IMG/VR virus record: IMGVR_UViG_3300043428_000132
Span: 1 to 62,258 of that record
Length of the DNA stretch: 62,258 bases
Strand: one strand, 5' to 3'
Source: a virus
Taxonomy: Duplodnaviria; Caudoviricetes
Part shown: piece after piece, positions 10,051 to 18,729 of the stretch
Position numbering within the stretch: position 1 is the stretch's first letter
Layout of the letters: the number at the start of each line of letters is the position of its first letter
The notes under the pieces: model-generated
The model's input: the letters and a program-made list of their open reading frames with translations, nothing else
What the model was told of the DNA's origin: nothing
Database searches by the model: none
Position numbers and translations under genes: made by a program

Positions 10051-10079
10051 TTGAGTGCTCTCCTAAGTGGGTGTGGGGG

Positions 10080-10898
10080 TTAGGCCGAGCGACGCTTGGT
10101 CACGTAGGCGGTGTAGATCGCGGGGTTTTGCTCCACGGCCTTCGCATACGCTTGTTCCTTGGTCAGCTTGCCATCGGCAGCTTTCTCGATCTCGTCGGCT
10201 TTGGCCTTCAGCATGGCTTCGGGTTCAGCATCGGCGGCGGTATCGGAACCCAAGGCTTTGAACAGAGCGGCGGTTTGACCCTGCGCGTTCGCGGCTTTGA
10301 GCATGGTTTCCAGAGTGGTGGCGTCGTCTGCGGTCGTGAGGCCCTTGGCAACACGCAGCAGCAAGCCACCCACCTTGTCGGCGTCAGGTGCGCCCAGAGA
10401 CTTCGCCTTGGCGATGTACTCGGCAGCTTCCTGAGCAGCTTTGGCCTTCGCAACTTCCTCTTGAGCGGCTTTGGCTACGGCTTCAGCGTCCTCGAGGCGT
10501 TTGCGAATGCTTTCGGGCAAGCCCTTCATCACTTCCTCATCGGAAGGGGGGTTTGCAGCTTTGGTGATTTCCGCGATCTGATCGTCTTTCGACTTGATCA
10601 CTTCCTCGGCATCCTTGAGAGAGGCTTCTGCGTCGCTGGCACGCTTTTCCAGAGCGGCCAGTTTGGCTTCAGCATCGTCAAGAGCTTTGGAGAGGGTTTC
10701 AATGTCCATCTCGAACTCCTTGATTGAAGCCGCAGCCATAGCGGCTGCGTCTGGATTGCTGGGGTCAAAGCCCCCCTGCGCGGCTTGGCCGGTTTGGCCG
10801 GATTTCGCTTTGACGATCACCACGCGAGCATCCTCGTTGGCACCATCGTCAACGAGGCTGATCTCTTCGATCGTCATATCTGTGAGGTTCTGCGGCAT
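10080..10898 (-). CDS. Scaffolding protein with N-terminal EISLVD..AN protease-type motif
   Basis: Start MPQNLTD coupled via TGATG; coiled coil; internal start at 10709 with AAGGAG. Confidence 0.75.
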   Translation of the reverse strand: MPQNLTDMTIEEISLVDDGANEDARVVIVKAKSGQTGQAAQGGFDPSNPDAAAMAAASIKEFEMDIETLSKALDDAEAKLAALEKRASDAEASLKDAEEVIKSKDDQIAEITKAANPPSDEEVMKGLPESIRKRLEDAEAVAKAAQEEVAKAKAAQEAAEYIAKAKSLGAPDADKVGGLLLRVAKGLTTADDATTLETMLKAANAQGQTAALFKALGSDTAADAEPEAMLKAKADEIEKAADGKLTKEQAYAKAVEQNPAIYTAYVTKRRSA

Positions 10899-11293
10899 CA
10901 CTGCTCCACTTTGGTTCGACGGCCACGGCCACCGATGCTGAATGCGCGGAACTTGTTCTCGCGCACGCCCTTGCGGATTTCGGGTGAGTTGATCTTCATG
11001 CCGATCCACCACCCGCGCTTGCCGTCGGAGATGCCCATTGCTTTGGCGAATTCGTCATCGATGATCACGCTTTCAACAACATCACCGACCTGTTGCCCTG
11101 CGTGCATCGCCTTCGCCACTCGAGCATCGGAGATGAACTTGTGAGCCGCTTTTCGCAACTCGTCCATCGAGATTATGTCGCCCTGCGTATCTGTGACCGG
11201 TGCGCCATTCACGGCGACCACACTGGCCCAGCCACGCACGTAGCTGCCGTCGGTTTCGGCCTTTGCGAATTCGAATGTGCAGTTGAAGTCCAT
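10898..11293 (-). CDS. XkdF-like prohead serine protease
   Basis: VRGWASV, DTQGD, AMH, VVES and FSIGG motifs. Confidence 0.85.
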   Translation of the reverse strand: MDFNCTFEFAKAETDGSYVRGWASVVAVNGAPVTDTQGDIISMDELRKAAHKFISDARVAKAMHAGQQVGDVVESVIIDDEFAKAMGISDGKRGWWIGMKINSPEIRKGVRENKFRAFSIGGRGRRTKVEQ

Positions 11294-11346
11294 GCGTTCC
11301 CTTGAAACGATTGCCGGAATTCTCGGGCAGTGCTCAAGTGACGGGA

Positions 11347-11387
11347 CAAAAGAAAACGCCCCGGCCTGAGTGAGGCGGGGGCGTTTG
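11347..11387 (-). terminator. Rho-independent terminator
   Basis: AAACGCCCCCGCCT-loop-AGGCCGGGGCGTTT then TCTTTT on minus strand. Confidence 0.7.
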
Positions 11388-11484
11388 GGGTGCTGGATCA
11401 GCGCCGGGGGCTGCTTAGGATCAAACGGGCGACATTAGGGCGTTCCAGTGATACGGATGTGATAACGTCCGTATGGGTTACGGG

Positions 11485-12012
11485 TCATTCCCCCTCGGGG
11501 TCTTCGGCTTCGGCAGGCAAGCCGAGCAACGTGATCACGGCATCTTCCACCAGCGCATCGAGTTGGAACTGCGCGGCGTCATCCTCGAGTTCATCTTCTT
11601 CGTGCGCCTTGGCGATCTTCATCGTGTCGGCAGCGAGCCGCAGGAAGAGCGCTTCGCACGCAGCATCCTTGTCGCCTGCGCCTTCGTAGTTGGCCGCGAT
11701 GTGAGCACCGAGCGCCTCGGGCGTGTTCCACGGTGAGGCGGCATAGGCCTTGTCCTTGCCCATGAAGATCGCGGCGTAGCGCTTGGAGGCATCCTGCATC
11801 GCGTTCGTGCCTTGCTCGGGCGTGAAGCGCTCTTCATGGATTGCCAGTCGTGCATCGATGCACTCGCCGATGAACTGGCGAACCAGTCCCTCGACCACCT
11901 CGGCTGAGGCGAGTTGTTGGCCGTCTTGGGCGAAATACTCGAAGCCTTGTTCGCGGCCTCGATCGGCGGCTCGCTCAGGGGAGCCTTCAATGGTGCGTGG
12001 ATCGATTGTCAT
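11485..12012 (-). CDS. Acidic hypothetical protein, candidate immunity/antitoxin
   Basis: Directly downstream of the ART-tipped protein; function inferred from position only. Confidence 0.6.
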   Translation of the reverse strand: MTIDPRTIEGSPERAADRGREQGFEYFAQDGQQLASAEVVEGLVRQFIGECIDARLAIHEERFTPEQGTNAMQDASKRYAAIFMGKDKAYAASPWNTPEALGAHIAANYEGAGDKDAACEALFLRLAADTMKIAKAHEEDELEDDAAQFQLDALVEDAVITLLGLPAEAEDPEGE

Positions 12013-12073
12013 GGCGTGATGTTACCCCTGTGATACTTTTGTGGAAAGTGCCTTTTGCGTCAGATACTTACGA

Positions 12074-15000
12074 TCAGATTCCAAGGTCGCCGGGAGGCAG
12101 CATGAGCACAGTGATCTCCATGCGCGTGCCGCTGCCGGACTTGCCCGGAACCTCTTCCACCTTCTGAATCAGGAAACGGCTGTTGGGCAGCGTGGTGATC
12201 TCCTTCTCTGAGGCAAAGCCACCCGAGCCAAAGCTGTCCACCGCCTTTGCACCCTTGGCGTAGACGATGTTGATGCGGTGCGGGCCGAAGTGCGAAGTGG
12301 CCGTGGGCGACATGGAGGTGCACATCGAGCCGGTAGCTTGGAACACGGTGCCGGGGCCTGCCTGCTTGATCTTGTTGATCATGTCGGCGCTCATGTGCTG
12401 CCAGCGGTGCACCGTGGTGCCCTCGGGCTTCTCCTGTGCGTACTCGAGCGCGGCCTTCGCCACATCGGCGAGCTTGTTGCCAGCGTGATCGGTTTCTTTG
12501 CCGTCGCGGAAGAGATCGTTGTACGAACCCGATGCCTGAATGCCGTTGATGAAGGCCTTGGCGAGCTTGTTCGTCTTTGTTTTGGTGTCGTAATCGGTGT
12601 AGGCCTGCTTGATCGCCGCATCGGATACCGACATGGTTTTCTTCGGCATGAAGCGCTCAGGCTCGGCCACTTTGCCCAGCGCAACCCAGAAGCCCAACTT
12701 CTCGTTGGCCTTCACCTTGTTCACGGTCGTGCCAAACTTCTTCCCCGGCATGGCCGAGGCGATATCGGCAAGGCTCTTCGCCGCCGTGGCATCGAAATGC
12801 TTCAGAGGCTGCGGCGGGTAGGCCACCTCACGCATCACCGCGAGGGATGCGTCGAAGTAGGCCTTCATGTCCTTGGCCGGGTGATCGGCCATGTGCTTCT
12901 GGCCCACCACCTTGCCGGATTCCTTGTCCAGCACATCGAACGTCATCGAGGCGAGGTCGTGGTAGTTGCCCGCCAAGAACTTCGCCTGCACCTTGCTGGC
13001 GAGGGCGTTGTTCTGCTCGTTCACGTGCGCCTTGGACGACTTGTCGAACGTGGGCTTGGGCGGGCTTACCGCCTTGCTCATATCGAGCTTCGTCATGTCC
13101 GGCTTGCCGCCCACCGTTGCGGGGTGCGGCTGCGGCTGGGGCTGCTTCACGACGGTGGCAGCGGCTCGCACCTGTTGCACCGTCGCTCCACCCGTGATGG
13201 CCGAGTTGGAGTTCTTCTTTTGGCCCGGGGCCACCACGGCAGACGAACCCATCGCCTTCAATGCGCTGTTGGCGAGAGCCGCCTGCTTCTTGCCGTAGGT
13301 GTTGGTGCCGTAGGCGAGGGCCGCGATACCGGCTGCGTCGCCCTTGGCCGCGAGCGCCGCGATCAGTTCCACCTTCGGGTTGTGCGAGACGGCGTTGGAG
13401 TTGGTGGGCGGCAGCTTGTAGGCATCGAAGTTCGGCATGGCCGGGTTCGGTGCCTTGGCCTCCTTGGGCTTGGGCGGGTTGGGCAGCGGCTCGCTGATCG
13501 CCTTCTGCGCGGCCTGCGCGGTTGCCACCACGGTGGCTGCGGTTGAACCCTCGAGGGCCTGCGTGAGGCCTGCGTAGTAGGTTTGCAGCAGCTTCGAGTT
13601 GGGCGATGCGTGGCTGGTGAAATACTTGCCGTTCTTCTTGTCGGTGGCGAGGGCCTTCAGGCCTGCGAGATCGCCGCTTGCGTGCAGTGCGCCCGCCTGA
13701 TCGGCCAAAGCAGCGTAGAACTTGATCACGTTGGCGCTCACGGCCTTGAACTCGGGCTTGCTCACGCCACCCGAGAACAACACTGACATGTAGTCGGGGG
13801 CCGATTCGGCGATCTTCTTGGCGTTCTGCTCGATCTTGAACTTCGCCGCTTGGATGTGATCGGCGGCGTGCATGTAAATCGATGTGGCGAGATTGAGTTC
13901 CGACTGGTTCTTGGTTTTGTGCGCCACGTTCATGTTCATGCCTGCGGTCGCAGCGCAGGTGCCAAGCCCCTCGAGGTCGCCCTTGTCTGCGGCCAACTGG
14001 ATGGCTGAAGCGAGCGTCTTGTGCATACTGGCTGCGGAAGTTGGCAACGCCAGCGGAGACACCTTCTTGTCCTGCGCTGGCAGTTGGCTCACGATCTGCT
14101 TACCCTGCTCGGTGAGCGTGTCCACCATGCTCTTGAGCTTCTCCTTGTTCGGGATGCTGGGCTTGGCGGCGGGGGCCTGTGCGGGCTGCGCGGCTACGCC
14201 AACGGGGGCGAGTGCCTTGATGCCGGTCTTGGCGAGGATGGCGTCGCGGCGTGCGATCAGGTTCTGCGTGAGCGCGGCTTTGGCCTTGTCGTCGCCCGGG
14301 CCGTAGGTGCTCACCAGCTTGCCGATCGTGGCGTCATCGATGTTGGCGAGCTTCTGGGCACTGGCCTTCAGTTGCTCGCTGGTCATCGAGCCGAAAACCT
14401 TGATCTGCTCGGAGGTCGTCACGCGCATCGATTCGAACTCGGGCGCGGTGGCATCCAGCACGCCGTTCTTCACACCATGCTCAAAGCCCTTGGGCATCCC
14501 TTGGGCACGGAAGAGCAGGGCACCGCCCGGGTCGATGTTGATGGCCTTGCCGTTCTTGACCACGGTGTTGTCGAAGCCCATGCCGAGAACGTCGTAGTTC
14601 GCAAGCCACGCATGGACGGCGAAATCGGCCTGTGCAGCGGCCACGTGCGCGGGCGAGTTCGGGTTGAAGCCGTAGGCGTCGTTCACCATGAGCGAAGCCA
14701 CGCCAAGCCCGCCGCCGTGCTCCTTGCCCAGATCGACCAGCCCCATCGTGGGAGCGCCTACGCCTGCGGCGATCAGCAGCTTCGAAGAGAGCACCTCGTT
14801 TTTGGCGCGGTCATCGCTCACGGCCACCGTCACGTTGCCGGTTTGCAGTTGCTTGTTGCCCTTCACCAGATAGATGCTGTTCGGCTCGTCCGGGTGTTTG
14901 TAGAGCGCACCGGGGTTCGAGCCACCGGGCTTGCCACCCACCTGCTTGAACTCGGAGAGCTTCACCGGCCCTTGGATCGCATCGGCGCTCGCCGTGGCCT

Positions 15001-16249
15001 TGGTCTTTGCCTTCACATCGGCAGCGGCCTGCGTGGCGAACTGGTGCACCTGAGCGCCCCACTTCACGTGAGAACTGCTCTTCACGCCTTGGGAGAACTT
15101 GGTGGCGTGGCCTTGGTACTTGTCGATCGCGGATTGCAGCGCGGTGAGATCACCCGCCTGCGCGGCTGAGTAGGCGGCGTTCGCCACCTTCTGGTAGATC
15201 GAGTTCTTGCCCTCGAGGCCACCGGCGATCACGGGCGCTTGGGTGATGCCGTCCGCGCCCATCGTTTTCCACTGCCCGCCCAGCGCGGTGCCCTTTTCCC
15301 AGCGGGGTTGCGTCTCCCAAGCCCCGCCCTTGGCCTTGCCAGCGGGAGCGCCTGCGGCCTTGGAGATGCCCATGATGTTGGACAGGTCGTCCAGAATCGC
15401 CTTGTCGTGCGGCTTGTTCAGCAGCACGTGGGCATCCTTGAGCGGGGCAAGGCGCATGGCCTGCGATTCCCAGCCCATGTCCTTGGGCGTGCCACCCACG
15501 CGCTGCGCGATATACATGCGAGCCTTGGAGGTGTCGCGTTCGTAATCGCCCAGCACGCCCACGATCTTCACCTTGAGGCCTGTCTCTTCGTAGGCCTCCT
15601 TGATCGCGTTCTGTTGCAATGTGAGGCCCGATTCAGCGGTGCCCTTGGGGTAGGTGTTCTTGTAGCCGCCAAAGCTGTTGGTGGGGGCGGTGAGCCACAC
15701 CCGGCCATCGTCTTCAACGATCAGCACGCCAGCGCCCGTGCTCTTCGTGCGGTGCGGCTCGAAGGGGAAGTCGGCCTCGAGAGATTCGTCGGTACCGCCC
15801 ACCTTGGCCCAGCCGTCCTTCGGAGGGTTCCACGCCTTCATCGGCACGCCGTTCAGGATGGCAGGCGCATCGCCACCGGGCACGAACGAGGCAGTCTTGG
15901 CCGGATCAGTCCACGTGGAGGCGTGCGAGGGCTTGCTGGGCACGTTGATCGTCACGGGTTTGCCGTGATCGTTCAGTTGCGTGTGCGGCTTGGAGCCGGG
16001 AGGCGGTGCACTCGGCTTGGCCCACATGCCGGAGCCTGCCCAGCCGGTTTCTTGGAAGGTGTTGTTGGCACCGCCCGCCGACCACTTGGCCGCTGAGGGC
16101 GTGGATTGCAGGCCACCGGCCACCGTCTTGGGGGCGAACTGCCCGCCCTTGCTTTGCGGTGCACCGGAGGGCCAGCGGTTGATGGCCTTGAGCATCAAGG
16201 CCTTGGCCTTGAGGATGGAGAGTTGCGCCTTCAGGGAGGTGTTGTTCAT
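12074..16249 (-). CDS. Polyvalent head-associated protein: Nudix + PI3/4K-like kinase + helical repeats + C-terminal ADP-ribosyltransferase
   Basis: Nudix box GTAESGLTLQQNAIKEAYEETGL; GGSNPG..YLVK..NEVL..WLANYD..DN..IDPGG; HRW..CTS..EKE. Confidence 0.8.
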   Translation of the reverse strand: MNNTSLKAQLSILKAKALMLKAINRWPSGAPQSKGGQFAPKTVAGGLQSTPSAAKWSAGGANNTFQETGWAGSGMWAKPSAPPPGSKPHTQLNDHGKPVTINVPSKPSHASTWTDPAKTASFVPGGDAPAILNGVPMKAWNPPKDGWAKVGGTDESLEADFPFEPHRTKSTGAGVLIVEDDGRVWLTAPTNSFGGYKNTYPKGTAESGLTLQQNAIKEAYEETGLKVKIVGVLGDYERDTSKARMYIAQRVGGTPKDMGWESQAMRLAPLKDAHVLLNKPHDKAILDDLSNIMGISKAAGAPAGKAKGGAWETQPRWEKGTALGGQWKTMGADGITQAPVIAGGLEGKNSIYQKVANAAYSAAQAGDLTALQSAIDKYQGHATKFSQGVKSSSHVKWGAQVHQFATQAAADVKAKTKATASADAIQGPVKLSEFKQVGGKPGGSNPGALYKHPDEPNSIYLVKGNKQLQTGNVTVAVSDDRAKNEVLSSKLLIAAGVGAPTMGLVDLGKEHGGGLGVASLMVNDAYGFNPNSPAHVAAAQADFAVHAWLANYDVLGMGFDNTVVKNGKAINIDPGGALLFRAQGMPKGFEHGVKNGVLDATAPEFESMRVTTSEQIKVFGSMTSEQLKASAQKLANIDDATIGKLVSTYGPGDDKAKAALTQNLIARRDAILAKTGIKALAPVGVAAQPAQAPAAKPSIPNKEKLKSMVDTLTEQGKQIVSQLPAQDKKVSPLALPTSAASMHKTLASAIQLAADKGDLEGLGTCAATAGMNMNVAHKTKNQSELNLATSIYMHAADHIQAAKFKIEQNAKKIAESAPDYMSVLFSGGVSKPEFKAVSANVIKFYAALADQAGALHASGDLAGLKALATDKKNGKYFTSHASPNSKLLQTYYAGLTQALEGSTAATVVATAQAAQKAISEPLPNPPKPKEAKAPNPAMPNFDAYKLPPTNSNAVSHNPKVELIAALAAKGDAAGIAALAYGTNTYGKKQAALANSALKAMGSSAVVAPGQKKNSNSAITGGATVQQVRAAATVVKQPQPQPHPATVGGKPDMTKLDMSKAVSPPKPTFDKSSKAHVNEQNNALASKVQAKFLAGNYHDLASMTFDVLDKESGKVVGQKHMADHPAKDMKAYFDASLAVMREVAYPPQPLKHFDATAAKSLADIASAMPGKKFGTTVNKVKANEKLGFWVALGKVAEPERFMPKKTMSVSDAAIKQAYTDYDTKTKTNKLAKAFINGIQASGSYNDLFRDGKETDHAGNKLADVAKAALEYAQEKPEGTTVHRWQHMSADMINKIKQAGPGTVFQATGSMCTSMSPTATSHFGPHRINIVYAKGAKAVDSFGSGGFASEKEITTLPNSRFLIQKVEEVPGKSGSGTRMEITVLMLPPGDLGI

Positions 16250-16252
16250 GGA

Positions 16253-16894
16253 TCAGGCTTTCTTCGAGGCTTTGCGGCGGCGGGGCTTGGCGGGAGGCGT
16301 GTCGCCCATCGGTGCAGGCACGTGCACATCGCCCGGGCCGGGGCCGGTTGCGCCTTCGTCTTTCTGAACGCCGTAGGCGTTGCCATCGCCCTGCACGAAC
16401 GACTTGCCCTGAGCGGGCGGCTTGCCGTCGCCCATCACGTAGGCACCCTCGACCTTCTTCACCTTGTCGGCTGCGGCCACAACGCCAGCGGCCCACGATT
16501 TCCCGGCGTTGCCGCCCCAGAGGTACCAAGCGATCGTGCCCGCCGTGGGGCCACCGTCGGCCTCTTTCTTGTCGGGGGCGTAGTTCTTCGCGTGGCGGCT
16601 GAAAAAGGCGTTCATGCGGCGCACGGTGGCGAGCGAGAGCGCGTCGCCGTTCTTCAGGTTCGTGGCCCGTTGCACGCCAGAGCCGATGCCCTGATCGGAG
16701 GCCTGCGAGTTGGAGAGGCCACCGCGCTTCCACTTCTGCCGCAACTCGAGGCCTCGAGCCGCCGCACTGCGGACGCCTTCGGGCGGCGTGTGGGTGTTGT
16801 CGGACGCCTTCGCAAGTCGCATGGAGAGCACGATTGCGGTAGCGTTGATCTTCGCGATGCGTTGGCTCAGTTCGGCCAGTTTTTCGATGGTCAT
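16253..16894 (-). CDS. Head-associated protein (RM..FFSRH...IAW.LWGG domain)
   Basis: Motif recalled from phage head modules; RBS before MTIEKL. Confidence 0.7.
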   Translation of the reverse strand: MTIEKLAELSQRIAKINATAIVLSMRLAKASDNTHTPPEGVRSAAARGLELRQKWKRGGLSNSQASDQGIGSGVQRATNLKNGDALSLATVRRMNAFFSRHAKNYAPDKKEADGGPTAGTIAWYLWGGNAGKSWAAGVVAAADKVKKVEGAYVMGDGKPPAQGKSFVQGDGNAYGVQKDEGATGPGPGDVHVPAPMGDTPPAKPRRRKASKKA

Positions 16895-16941
16895 GGGCGC
16901 TCCTGTCACAATGGTGAGATTATCGCCACCCCATCATTCTG

Positions 16942-17109
16942 GTGAGAGACAAAACCGACCTCGATGTGTACCGGGCGCTCGAGCGCATAGCCGGTGAACT
17001 CGACGCCTTGGGCGAGCGGGCCGTCTCCCCACGCTCGAGCACCGCCCTTGCGGCGGCTGCGGCGCTCCTTCGGAAGCTGGCCCGGGCCGTCTACAAGGCG
17101 GGGATGTGA
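16942..17109 (+). CDS. Small 55-aa helical protein oriented against the head operon (not in ORF track)
   Basis: GTG..TGA ORF MRDKTDLDVYRALERIAGELDALG...VYKAGM fills the intergenic gap. Confidence 0.5.
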   Translation: MRDKTDLDVYRALERIAGELDALGERAVSPRSSTALAAAAALLRKLARAVYKAGM

Positions 17110-18261
17110 TCAGCCCTTGAGTTGGGCCGGTTCGTACACGCGCATGAACACCGTGCAACGGCAGTTCGGGTGCACAGGGGGCAGGTTGTAGGGGCCTTTG
17201 GGGGTGTTGAAGGGCGCACCGATCTTCACGCCCTGCTTGGGGTTCAGCTTCGGTACCGGCGAGCAAACCTCACACAAGCGCTCATCCCGGGCCACGATCC
17301 ACTGCTTTCTCACCAAGTCCTCGGGCACCTTCCCGGCCTCGATCGCCTGCCGCCACCCGTCCTGAATGCCCATGTTCGTGGTGCGAAGCGCCTCGGTGCG
17401 GGCAATCGTCCGTGAGCGGTACGCCAAGAACTTGCGCTGGTAGGCCGACACCATCTTGTCGATCTGAGCCTCGGAGAGCGGCTTGCCGCTGTTCATGGCC
17501 GTCTTGAGTTGCCCATCGAACCGGAAGTCGCGCAGGCGGCGGGCGTTGATGCCATCGCTGTTCAGGCCGTCCTCATCGGTGATCGACACCTGCGTGCCGT
17601 TCACTCGGTTCACCTTGTTGCCCAGCCCGTAGGAGCCAGCCGAGCGCTTGAGGTGGAAGGTCTGAAGTTCCTTGCGGTAGTTCTGGACGGCCTTGGCCTG
17701 CTTCTCGGTGAGGCCGATGATCTGCTTCACCTCTTGGGCCACCACCTTGGGGTTCTTGCCTGCGGTCATGCCTTCAACGAGGTACTGCCGCACGGCATCA
17801 CGGGTCTGGTCGTTGATCTGTTGGATCAGGTTGAACGAGTAGGCCTGAAGCCATGAGATCAGGCGCGGGTTCAACTGCCCGAAGCTGAAGCTGGCCCCGG
17901 TGGCCTGCACGATCTGCGAGGCCGCATAGGCCCCTGCGGCGTACACCCCGGCCTGCACCGTAGGCTGAAGCGCGGCGAAGGCATCAGCGGCCTTGTCCAG
18001 CGCCAGCAAGCCCAGCACCTTGCCCACATCGCCCGATTCGAGCGCGGCGATCAGCATGTTCATGTCGATGGCCTCAGCCGTCGTGGTGAGGCCCATGAGA
18101 ATCGCCTTGTAGAGGCCCGGCTCGAGCTTATCGGCCAACTGCTCGATCTTGGTCAACTGATCGCCGGAGGCTTTGAACACCAGTTCGCTCGGTGAAACGA
18201 GGGGTTGGCGGTAGCGCTTGTAAGGCCCGTGGCCGGTATCGGTGAGTGAGGTGTGTTGCAT
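17110..18261 (-). CDS. MuF / SPP1 gp7-like head morphogenesis protein
   Basis: RSRTIARTE, KQW...D.RLC..C and PPVHPNCRC motifs. Confidence 0.92.
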   Translation of the reverse strand: MQHTSLTDTGHGPYKRYRQPLVSPSELVFKASGDQLTKIEQLADKLEPGLYKAILMGLTTTAEAIDMNMLIAALESGDVGKVLGLLALDKAADAFAALQPTVQAGVYAAGAYAASQIVQATGASFSFGQLNPRLISWLQAYSFNLIQQINDQTRDAVRQYLVEGMTAGKNPKVVAQEVKQIIGLTEKQAKAVQNYRKELQTFHLKRSAGSYGLGNKVNRVNGTQVSITDEDGLNSDGINARRLRDFRFDGQLKTAMNSGKPLSEAQIDKMVSAYQRKFLAYRSRTIARTEALRTTNMGIQDGWRQAIEAGKVPEDLVRKQWIVARDERLCEVCSPVPKLNPKQGVKIGAPFNTPKGPYNLPPVHPNCRCTVFMRVYEPAQLKG

Positions 18262-18287
18262 GGTTTCCCCTTGGTTCTTGGGGGAAT

Positions 18288-18388
18288 TATCACCCCTCTG
18301 ATAAAAAAACTTGCAAAGCGGTGTGAATCTGCGTTAAAGTATCACCACGGTGACAACAAAGGCACCGGGCAACACAGGAGAAAACGCA
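18288..18388 (+). promoter_or_regulatory. Early promoter with two operator-like palindromes and GGAGAAAACGCA RBS
   Basis: TATCACCCCTCTGATA 18288, TTGCAA-N18-TAAAGT, TATCACCACGGTGACA 18340, RBS 18377. Confidence 0.65.
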
Positions 18389-18535
18389 ATGAACCACCAC
18401 TCAATACACGCCGATGTTCGCAGCATCGAGCAAACGATGATCAACCGCCGCCCCACGCCCGTGCGTGATGTGGCGCTGGCCTTGGCGATCGGCCTTTCGC
18501 TGGCATGGATGCTGATCGAGGGCCTCACACGATGA
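18389..18535 (+). CDS. Small membrane protein
   Basis: ATG after conserved RBS; C-terminal hydrophobic helix. Confidence 0.65.
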   Translation: MNHHSIHADVRSIEQTMINRRPTPVRDVALALAIGLSLAWMLIEGLTR

Positions 18536-18729
18536 ACCGCCCTCAACTGATCACGTTCTTCGTGGCCCAGAAGAACCAGCGCGGCGAGATGCTGCTTTCG
18601 CCCCAGAACTTCGCCACCCGGGCACAGGCGCAGGGCTTCATCGAAAACGTCCTCGGCGGTCACGGCACCTTGGTGCTGGTGGCCGGTGCCGTGGAGATCA
18701 CCCCCGTTCTCACGGAGGTGCTTGCATGA
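18532..18729 (+). CDS. Hypothetical protein
   Basis: ATGA-coupled on both sides. Confidence 0.6.
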   Translation: MNRPQLITFFVAQKNQRGEMLLSPQNFATRAQAQGFIENVLGGHGTLVLVAGAVEITPVLTEVLA

